Positions 50,457-58,085 of a stretch of 64,000 nucleotides of DNA are shown piece by piece. Numbering within the stretch: the stretch's first letter is position 1; each line of letters begins with the position of its first letter. The translations under genes were made by a program, and so were the position numbers. This DNA is from a candidate division WOR-3 bacterium (GTDB lineage: Bacteria; Hydrothermota; Hydrothermia; B15-G9; WFZT01): contig JALUEE010000033.1 in the NCBI GenBank assembly GCA_027053075.1, positions 64,001-128,000 of the forward strand, read 5' to 3'. The notes under the pieces are model-generated. The model had not been told where the DNA came from and made no database searches. It was given only the letters and a program-made list of their open reading frames with translations.

Positions 50457-52043
50457 ATGAGAAACCTAACTTTCTTATTAATGCTTGTGTTTTCCATTGG
50501 ATTCGCAGAAACTATTCCATTAAAGAGGGGGGATTTTGCAACAGGAGATTCTCATCCTGATAGCGCAGAGCTTCAGTGGCTTCTAAACTTTAACCTCATT
50601 CAGATTGGGGGAATAGGAGATGAGGCTCCGGATTCTGTGATAAACACACTTCGCTCATCAGGAGCAAAACTACTTAGTTACGAGTGGATGCCCGCTGGAT
50701 ATCATTATACCGATGGCTCACCGGATGACCCCTTTATGGCTTGGGTGTATTCCCGCAGGGATTCACTCACACTTAATCCCAATGGGCCATTCCCACATTG
50801 TAGCGATGCCGGGTACAACTGGTGTGAGGACTATTACTATGACCTTGCCATACACTCTCTTGTCTCAAGAAGAATAAACTACCTGCTCTCCTCTATTGAG
50901 GATTACGATGGCCTCTTTTTCGACTGGGCGAGCGGTGCATTCATTGATGAACGTGAGTACACCCCCATCAGAGACACCTTTTATAGCCGACACCCTGATC
51001 TGGTTTACTCCGCTGTCGTTGGGGAATTTTACAGAAGTCTGAAAGAGGCCGATTCTGCAAAACTAATAATGACCAACCAGGGATTTAGAAGATGTCAATA
51101 TATACTGCCATTTGTTGATTATGATATGACAGAAAGTTATGCCACAACAGATGAATATTTAGGCGATACAATATACATCGAGGGAATGGGCAGGCAGGAG
51201 GTGCCGAGAACCATTTATTATCCCGTTAGCGATGACTACAGAACAGGGCATATCGAAGACCATATACATTATTTGAACGTTTTGAAACAATGTGGGGGTG
51301 AGCACGGTGGAGAATATTTCAAGAATTTTGTCTATATGAACTATGCAGCGCCTGATTTTGTACCAACCGGAGATACTATCAACGGTTATGCAGTTTTTCG
51401 CCCTGAAGTTCCGAAAAATGCCATTTATTTTGCTTACGTGATCCCAAAACTCCTAAACTTTGTGGTCTATACAGAAACACCATGGAACCACATGTATGAG
51501 CGTGATAGCATATATTTTTATGATTTAGGAGAGCCTCTGGGTACATCTTACGACAGTCTTGGAAATCATGTTTATGTCAGGTACTACTCACAGGGGTTTG
51601 TTGTCGCAGGTGAATGGCAGGAGACGACTCAGGTGCACATTGAGTCGCAGTTCATACCTTCCAGTATACCTTTTTACGATGCATATGAGCAGCAATGGGA
51701 TACAACCGGTGTAAATGGTGTGGACTTCCTAATAAGACCACAGTACGACAGCCTTATCGGCAGAATGGCGCCATCCGGTCGCGTTTTCCTCTATGATTTA
51801 GATTATACCGGCATTAGTGAATCAAATCCCCCCGGCATCCTGGTCAAAGATGGACTTTACATCCCGTCAAAGCATGTGAAAAGAGTGAAGATATTTGATG
51901 TAGCAGGGCGTGTTGTATTTGACTCAAAAGTACCAATGGACAGGAAAGTATCTATACCGCTGAAAAATGGCGTGTTTTTCTTAGAATTTATGGGGAATAA
52001 CGGTCAGATTCTGGCAAAGAGGAAAATAGAAATAATCAAATGA
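50457..52043 (+). CDS. Secreted putative glycoside-hydrolase-like TIM-barrel protein with T9SS-type C-terminal domain
   Basis: Signal peptide from ATG 50457; YDGLFFD, NQGF, TESY, Y.R.YS.G.V; C-terminal IFDVAGR..L.NGVFFL. Confidence 0.65.
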   Translation: MRNLTFLLMLVFSIGFAETIPLKRGDFATGDSHPDSAELQWLLNFNLIQIGGIGDEAPDSVINTLRSSGAKLLSYEWMPAGYHYTDGSPDDPFMAWVYSRRDSLTLNPNGPFPHCSDAGYNWCEDYYYDLAIHSLVSRRINYLLSSIEDYDGLFFDWASGAFIDEREYTPIRDTFYSRHPDLVYSAVVGEFYRSLKEADSAKLIMTNQGFRRCQYILPFVDYDMTESYATTDEYLGDTIYIEGMGRQEVPRTIYYPVSDDYRTGHIEDHIHYLNVLKQCGGEHGGEYFKNFVYMNYAAPDFVPTGDTINGYAVFRPEVPKNAIYFAYVIPKLLNFVVYTETPWNHMYERDSIYFYDLGEPLGTSYDSLGNHVYVRYYSQGFVVAGEWQETTQVHIESQFIPSSIPFYDAYEQQWDTTGVNGVDFLIRPQYDSLIGRMAPSGRVFLYDLDYTGISESNPPGILVKDGLYIPSKHVKRVKIFDVAGRVVFDSKVPMDRKVSIPLKNGVFFLEFMGNNGQILAKRKIEIIK

Positions 52044-52734
52044 GGTTTCCCCATTCAAAGAAGTTGTTCTCAGTTTCCTCGAGGTGCATCCATTTGATCT
52101 CGACGCCACCGAGCGCCTCAAATTTTTTCTTAAGATAAACGAGAATATGCTCTCCTGTGGAAAAATCAAGATCATTAACGGCATCGAGGTCCATGTGATT
52201 AAGCTCATCAACTACTCTCTTCATCTCACTTATGATTCCAGACCCATCACCTTTGAAAGCCACTTTCAGCAAATAGTTATGGCCATGCTTTTCTTCCCCG
52301 CATTTGCCATAAACTTCGCGACTTTTCACTCTTTCCTCAGGAAGTTTGTGGGATGCAGAAAATCTGAATTTTAAAGACTTCAAACTGCTTTCTCCGTCAT
52401 AAATAGCACCTGTTTCCTCGCCAGTCTCAACCCTTACAGATCGGAGCTTAACCTCGGGAGGTAAGCCGTTTATGCCGTGAAAAATAAACTCTGCAATGTT
52501 CTCAATTGTCGGTGGCCTATCCTTGAAATATGGGAGGTCATTGAGGCACACGTGGTCCAGTTTCTCAATAACAGGATTTACAGCTTTTTTCAGGTGTTCA
52601 AGATTAATTACCATGCCGGTTTCAGGATTAACCTCGCCTTCCACAGTAACGAAGACCTCGAAATTGTGTCCATACACCTTTCCCTTTTCAGAGGTATAAC
52701 AGGCTGAAAATCTGAATCTTCTTATGACCTTCAT
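52036..52734 (-). CDS. Tandem-domain 6-pyruvoyl/6-carboxy-tetrahydropterin synthase (QueD/PTPS family)
   Basis: Two T-fold repeats: GHNF..V.V.G..D..TGMV..LDH..PT.EN and FSASH...C...HGHNY..LNH..T.E; start at ATG 52734. Confidence 0.85.
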   Translation of the reverse strand: MKVIRRFRFSACYTSEKGKVYGHNFEVFVTVEGEVNPETGMVINLEHLKKAVNPVIEKLDHVCLNDLPYFKDRPPTIENIAEFIFHGINGLPPEVKLRSVRVETGEETGAIYDGESSLKSLKFRFSASHKLPEERVKSREVYGKCGEEKHGHNYLLKVAFKGDGSGIISEMKRVVDELNHMDLDAVNDLDFSTGEHILVYLKKKFEALGGVEIKWMHLEETENNFFEWGNLI

Positions 52735-53093
52735 TTCTTCTTCACAAAAAACTTTACGTCGGGACTGACACCCCAGTTGTCCCATACATCACTCGCTCTA
52801 AGGCTTAACGTGTGAGGCAGTGAATCAACAAGGCTGTCTGTGGTGAAAAACAGGCTATCCGTGTCTGAAGTGGATACGATGTTTCTTCCGTCCAGTATAA
52901 GGATGTAAGTCTTTATGGGCGATTTATCTTTTATCTCAAACTCAGGCCGCACTGTGTCAACACCAAGGGTATCGTTGTTTTTGGGGTAAGTCAGAACAAT
53001 CTCCGGAGGTGTTACGTCCGGTTTTCCCGGTGGAGGCGCCTTGTGGCCGCATGCGCCAGCGAAAAGTATGAAAACTAATGCCAGTCTTTTCAA
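52731..53093 (-). CDS. Lipoprotein with Ig-like domain
   Basis: Lipobox AGAC, PPPG.PD.TPP, A.D..DN. Confidence 0.75.
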   Translation of the reverse strand: MKRLALVFILFAGACGHKAPPPGKPDVTPPEIVLTYPKNNDTLGVDTVRPEFEIKDKSPIKTYILILDGRNIVSTSDTDSLFFTTDSLVDSLPHTLSLRASDVWDNWGVSPDVKFFVKKK

Positions 53094-54607
53094 TATATCT
53101 TCACTCCTTTAACACCTGGAAAATAGTGACTGATAATGTCCTTCATTTTAAATCCATGCTCTGCAAGAATTCCAGCTCCCACCTGACACATCCCCACACC
53201 GTGCCCTGCCCCACCTCCTTTTATGACCACATCCACTATATCCCCTTTCTCATCCCTTTCATAATCAACGATGAAAAGAGAGCTTTTTAATCCCCCTAAA
53301 ATCCTCCTTATCCTGTACTCTCCCCTGACGTCCACACTCTTTTTTGTTCCCGTAAAGACAATCTCTGTAACCCTACCGGAAACTCCCCGTTTTACTGGAG
53401 TTATAGAGATGAGCTTTCCAATACCCTTACCTGTAAATTTTTTAACCCATTTTTCAACCTGCTTTCGCTGCAATTTTACTTCCCACCGGAAATTTTTCTC
53501 CACGTAGTGCATTATAACCGGGTTATCCGTCATGCGGCAAAAGATTGATTCAGGTGGGGATTCGACAAACATCCTTACTCCTAAGGGATCTTGCAGGTCA
53601 TAATCAAAGTTTCCATCCTTCACACCTCTTAGATATGGTATGCTCCCCGTATTCCAGATGTATGTGACATCCTCAGTGTGTCCTCCGCACGTGGAATGAT
53701 AAAAAACATCTGCAATCCTGTTATTGTAAAAAAGCACTATTCCCCTTGTTTTATCAACCATTGTATCTGAGACTTCGAATCTTTTTCCACCAAATGTCTG
53801 GGATAGGGGAGTTGATGTAAAATCAAAAGGTTGATAGCGGTAGAATTTGCCCAAATTGGCAAGTGTGAAGGTTCTTGCCACCACAGCCTGGGCTTTGAGA
53901 GCTTCCTCGGGAAATCCCACAGGCATCTCTGAGGGCAGCACGTGTTTTATGTAATCTTCCAGTTCACTCTTCAGCACGACAATTCCACGTGTTCCCGTGT
54001 CAAAAGTTACAGTAACTTCACCGCTTAAATTCTTGTATCCTGCAAAGGATATGGTTCCGCCCCGTGGCTTCAAAGTCACAGAATCATTTGCTGAGATAAC
54101 TCTATGTCCCTTCTCATCAAGGATTTCTACGACCCCATGTGGAGGATTAGCTGGCTCCGCATAGGGATGCTCAAGGTCTTTTTTACTCTTAAAAGGTCCT
54201 TTTAGTACGTAAAACTCCCGGTTATCCAGGGTGGTATTCCCAATTTTGAAGATGGTGCCTACATCGATAAAATAAACATCAGGGTCATGATGGTTTTGGA
54301 AGTACCGGTAGGCCGAATCGTAATTCGAGGTTTTAAATAGGGTCTCGTAGTATACCAATCTGGATTTCTTCCTGCGAGATATTTTCACAATATATTGGCC
54401 TGGTTTGAGCGTTACCTTTCCTGCAGAGTAGGAGCCATTAAGCACGAGGGGTAGTTCCTTTTCAAAGGCGTGTAGTTTTATTCTGACAAAAATTGGAGGG
54501 GATACGGTTTTCACTCTTCTTTCAGGGGGACGAGGTACAGGTTTCTTTACCATGATTCTCGAGCAAGAAGTGAAAATTAGTAAGGTGAGGAGAACCAGCT
54601 TCCTCAT
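53090..54607 (-). CDS. SpoIID/LytB domain lytic transglycosylase-like lipoprotein
   Basis: EDY...V.P.EM..EALKAQAV.ART, YHSTCGG.TE, PYL, G.GHGVGMCQ.GA. Confidence 0.9.
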   Translation of the reverse strand: MRKLVLLTLLIFTSCSRIMVKKPVPRPPERRVKTVSPPIFVRIKLHAFEKELPLVLNGSYSAGKVTLKPGQYIVKISRRKKSRLVYYETLFKTSNYDSAYRYFQNHHDPDVYFIDVGTIFKIGNTTLDNREFYVLKGPFKSKKDLEHPYAEPANPPHGVVEILDEKGHRVISANDSVTLKPRGGTISFAGYKNLSGEVTVTFDTGTRGIVVLKSELEDYIKHVLPSEMPVGFPEEALKAQAVVARTFTLANLGKFYRYQPFDFTSTPLSQTFGGKRFEVSDTMVDKTRGIVLFYNNRIADVFYHSTCGGHTEDVTYIWNTGSIPYLRGVKDGNFDYDLQDPLGVRMFVESPPESIFCRMTDNPVIMHYVEKNFRWEVKLQRKQVEKWVKKFTGKGIGKLISITPVKRGVSGRVTEIVFTGTKKSVDVRGEYRIRRILGGLKSSLFIVDYERDEKGDIVDVVIKGGGAGHGVGMCQVGAGILAEHGFKMKDIISHYFPGVKGVKIY

Positions 54608-55467
54608 CTTGTCAAAATATTGAGCCTATCCCGCGCCCTCGCTGCATATGGAGAACGTTTGTAAAATACGATGAGCTTTTCGTAGGTCTCGATGGCCTTA
54701 TCGTAATCACCCTGTTGCTCATAGGAGAGTCCCAGATAGAAGAGGGCATCGTCCATGATGGTGTATGGCTTGTTGAATTCAAGTACCTTTTTGAAATAGA
54801 CGATTGCCGAATCATAAATTTGGCTTTCGTAAAACATTTTACCGATCTGGAAGAGTGAGTTTCCGTAGATCCAGTCTCTCTCGGCAAATTTGGGATCAGC
54901 GGCATTTATCACTTCAAGCACGTCTGAGTATCTTCCCACGTTGTAAAGGCATTTTGCATAGGGGGCTGCCACATCCTGAAGGTCTCCGCCGCCCATGGAC
55001 AGGTAGTTTTCATAGTATTCAACAGCCTTTTTGCAGTCCCCTTTCTTGTAGTAATAGTCTCCAAGAATTTTAAACCGGTGTCCTATGTTGTAAAATGGGT
55101 CAAACTGAACAACTCTCTCGAGGGCGTAGATGGCAAGTCTTCTCTCACCTTTCGCCATTGCACTATCGGCAATTGCAAGAAGCAGGTTGATGTAATTTTT
55201 CTTGGTTTTACCGTATATAGACCTGTCCATGGTGTTCAAAGTCTTGAGAGCCTTGGTGTACTTCCCCCAGTTGAAATACACTCTGGCAAGCAAAATCTTA
55301 TACTTTGGGGATAGACCATTGGCCTCTTCCTGCTCCAGTATCAGGGACTCGGCCTTTCTATACTGATGCTGCTTAATTAACTTTTCTACCTTTGATTCCA
55401 CTGAGCCACCAAAGTTGCAAGCTCCGAATAATAATATCAAGAAGGGGATAATCCACGGTTTTTTCAT
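54604..55467 (-). CDS. TPR-repeat lipoprotein (CpoB/BamD-like C-terminus)
   Basis: Lipobox FGAC; several TPR motifs; A.FYLG..Y......A...Y..L...Y..S..A. Confidence 0.8.
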   Translation of the reverse strand: MKKPWIIPFLILLFGACNFGGSVESKVEKLIKQHQYRKAESLILEQEEANGLSPKYKILLARVYFNWGKYTKALKTLNTMDRSIYGKTKKNYINLLLAIADSAMAKGERRLAIYALERVVQFDPFYNIGHRFKILGDYYYKKGDCKKAVEYYENYLSMGGGDLQDVAAPYAKCLYNVGRYSDVLEVINAADPKFAERDWIYGNSLFQIGKMFYESQIYDSAIVYFKKVLEFNKPYTIMDDALFYLGLSYEQQGDYDKAIETYEKLIVFYKRSPYAARARDRLNILTR

Positions 55468-55519
55468 GGATTTAATTATAATCTTTGACCTGAGGTTCTG
55501 AAAGTTGTAAATTTAACCT

Positions 55520-56257
55520 ATGTGCCAGATGAAGCTTGAAAAGGCTGGTTCGAATTTAATCGTATTTATCCACGGTTTCTTCGGGAATCTGGAAACGTTC
55601 AGACCACAGGGAGAATTTCTAAAAGAGTACGGATTTTCCTACGCCCTTGTTACCTACCCAAAGGTAGAATTCAGCCTGATTGACTTTGTGGACTGTGTCG
55701 TGGAGAAGCTACTGGACGTTGGAATGGAGAGATTCAGTGTCCTCGGCACCTCAATGGGTGGATTTGCGGCGCAGCTCCTCGCAGCGAGGTACAATTCCAG
55801 AATAGACTCTTTGATACTCTCCAACACATTCGCTTCAACGGCTGTTTTCAGGGAGAAAAACAAGTTTATCGCAATGATTGCCCCTTTGCTTCCCGAAGGC
55901 CTCATAAAATACTATCTGAAAAACGTGGTCAGAAAGGAGTATGGCAAGTACAAAGATGTGGGCAAGATTTTGCAACTGGTGGATAAAATTTCTAAAAAGG
56001 ATGTGCTTGTGAGGTTAAAGGCACTACTTTCCATTGAGGCTGTGGAATTTGAGAAAAATTTCCCGGTCGCAGTTTTAGACTCAGCCGATGATGTCACCAT
56101 TCCAGAAGATGTTAAGTCTGAGCTGAGATTCAAGGCGAGACCTGATTTTGAATACACCTTCAAGTTCGGGGGACACTTCCCCTATATTTTCAATCGCAGC
56201 GAATACAACAGCATACTTTTGAACTTTTTAAAAGAAGTCTACTCTCTGGATATTTGA
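55520..56257 (+). CDS. Alpha/beta hydrolase
   Basis: HG, nucleophile elbow GTSMGG, D, GGHFPY. Confidence 0.88.
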   Translation: MCQMKLEKAGSNLIVFIHGFFGNLETFRPQGEFLKEYGFSYALVTYPKVEFSLIDFVDCVVEKLLDVGMERFSVLGTSMGGFAAQLLAARYNSRIDSLILSNTFASTAVFREKNKFIAMIAPLLPEGLIKYYLKNVVRKEYGKYKDVGKILQLVDKISKKDVLVRLKALLSIEAVEFEKNFPVAVLDSADDVTIPEDVKSELRFKARPDFEYTFKFGGHFPYIFNRSEYNSILLNFLKEVYSLDI

Positions 56258-56766
56258 GAGCGAATCTTCTCGATCATTTTGCGGTGAGTCGAGAAGGGAA
56301 TCTCCGGAATTTTGTCAATGGGGAAGAATTTTGCATCAGCCGCATCGTCGCCTGCCCGGAGTTTGCCACCTGTAACGTTCAATCTGTATCCAATGGAAAT
56401 AATCCAGCGGTATTTCGTACTGCTTTGTCCATAAATCCCTATGATATCCTTTACTTCACCTTCCAGGCCTGTCTCCTCCCGAAGCTCGCGCTTTGCGGTT
56501 TCCTCTGGCTGTTCCCCGATCTCCATGTATCCAGATGGAAGGGCCCACATACCTTCAGCCGGTGGTACCCCACGCTTCACAAGTAGTATCTCGTTTTTCT
56601 CGTTCAAAACCACACAGGCCACAACGGGGACCGGATTTTCCCAGATCACCATCTCACACTTGGGACAGTAGAGATGCTCCTTACCCTCAACAACCTTCTT
56701 CTCAAGGCGTGTGCCACACAGTGGACAGAATCTAAAGGGGTAAAATGGCTTTATTTTCTTCTCCAT
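56239..56766 (-). CDS. NUDIX hydrolase with N-terminal Zn ribbon
   Basis: FCP.CG..C..C...NP; GX5EX7REL.EETG Nudix box; start ATG 56766. Confidence 0.93.
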   Translation of the reverse strand: MEKKIKPFYPFRFCPLCGTRLEKKVVEGKEHLYCPKCEMVIWENPVPVVACVVLNEKNEILLVKRGVPPAEGMWALPSGYMEIGEQPEETAKRELREETGLEGEVKDIIGIYGQSSTKYRWIISIGYRLNVTGGKLRAGDDAADAKFFPIDKIPEIPFSTHRKMIEKIRSQISRE

Positions 56767-57056
56767 GCTAAATAGCATAAATCCCGAAAGTAGCTACATC
56801 AATGGTGGAATTGAGCTTGTCCGAAAATTTTGTTTTCAAAACCTCTAAGAAGCTGGTCGTAATCTCGCAAATCATTGTAAACCAAGCTGGAAAATTCTTA
56901 ATCACGCATACTGAGAATTTTCTGCAGAAACCGGTGAGCCTGGAGAGTTCAATGGGGATTTTGATCAAGCTTGTTCGAAAAATCTTAAATTTTAGTTACC
57001 ACCTTATTCGTCGAATCTTCGTAACCTCAACGATAATCACAGACAAGTCGGTAAAT

Positions 57057-57179
57057 TTCCCCTCCTTCCAAAGGAAGGAGGGGTTAGGGGAGAATGGAAA
57101 AAATAAATGAACCTTATGTTTTACCGACTATAATTTCTCCATTCTACCACGACCCTCCCTTCCACAGGTAAGGGAGGGA
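57057..57179. repeat. Dispersed ~120 bp palindromic element, copy B
   Basis: CCCCTCCTTCC-aaa-GGAAGGAGGGG, AGAATGGA...TCCATTCT inner stem, second palindrome CCCTCCCTT..AAGGGAGGG; homologous to 5461..5581. Confidence 0.8.
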
Positions 57180-57243
57180 GTTTCGCTACTTGTCATATCA
57201 AAACTAAAAAAATCTTGGATTACTTAATTTTTAGCATTACTTT

Positions 57244-57481
57244 TCATCTCACTCCACTCGCACCGCACAAAATTATAAACGGGGGATATTTTCGAACAGA
57301 CTTGATTTGGGGTTTACTTTTTGTGGCTTTCCTGTATAATTTGGCATAATAAGCGATAAAAAGTGTTGTTCATTGAAATCAGTCCTTTTGGGAAGGTTAT
57401 TGAAGTGCACATGGGGGTTACCTCCTTTTTCAGAATGGAGATTTTTGTTAGGAAAGAAGTATGTTGGGAGGTAGCCCCTGA
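57244..57481 (-). pseudogene. Possible IS/transposase 5' remnant, or a 32-aa small ORF with hairpin-sequestered SD
   Basis: AAAAGGAGGT-ATG(57412) MCTSITFPKGLISMNNTFYRLLCQIIQESHKK* (stop 57314); a shifted frame continues KSKPQIKSVRKYPPFIILC; SD paired in GGGGCTACCTCC/GGAGGTAACCCC stem. Confidence 0.35.
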
Positions 57482-57560
57482 TGATAATTATGGAATTTTT
57501 GGGAAGCAATATATTTCCGAGTAGATTTTTGATGAATATCAGAAATTTGAGGAGGGAAAG

Positions 57561-58013
57561 ATGGAGAAAGGTAAAAGGGCTGATTATTATTGGTACATTG
57601 GTGGATTGGTATTTTTCTCACTTCTCGCCATTTTTCTTTTAATTGAGAGACTCAATTTCATAGCGGGATCACTTATTGCGACTATCCTGATAAACAGCTT
57701 GCTGTTCTGGTTGTATAAAATTTTCTCTCCCAACAGGGGTGACCTTCGTAAAGTAGGTTTATTTTCTCTCGGATTGGGGATCGTTCTCGGATTGATAAAT
57801 TATGAATTCTTGAGACTCATCTCACTATCCTGGGATATCTATCTCACAGGAGCTCTGGTGCTTTTCCCCATGTTGATAGCAGTTATCCATACATATATAG
57901 AACTTGGTGCTGGAATCGGTCCAGGCCTGGTGCTGAAGCGTGTGATAATTTCTTCTATCTTTATTGACCTATCCTTTCTTGGAGCAATTTGGGGATTGAA
58001 AATTGCGATTTAA
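57561..58013 (+). CDS. Hypothetical integral membrane protein (about 5 TM)
   Basis: GAGGAGG SD; highly hydrophobic; ends at a strong hairpin. Confidence 0.7.
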   Translation: MEKGKRADYYWYIGGLVFFSLLAIFLLIERLNFIAGSLIATILINSLLFWLYKIFSPNRGDLRKVGLFSLGLGIVLGLINYEFLRLISLSWDIYLTGALVLFPMLIAVIHTYIELGAGIGPGLVLKRVIISSIFIDLSFLGAIWGLKIAI

Positions 58014-58058
58014 GGTTTGGTGGGGCGGGCCGCCGAAGGCGGCCCGCCCCACCAAACC
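58014..58058. terminator. Long GC hairpin between convergent genes
   Basis: GGTTTGGTGGGGCGGGCCGCC-GAA-GGCGGCCCGCCCCACCAAACC. Confidence 0.7.
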
Positions 58059-58085
58059 AATTAACTTACCACTTCAAAAACACTT

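Noticed and set aside
56768..57509. ORFs 56768..56968, 56802..57110 and 57273..57509
   Set aside because: No SD or motifs; they run through promoter, repeat and hairpin sequence.
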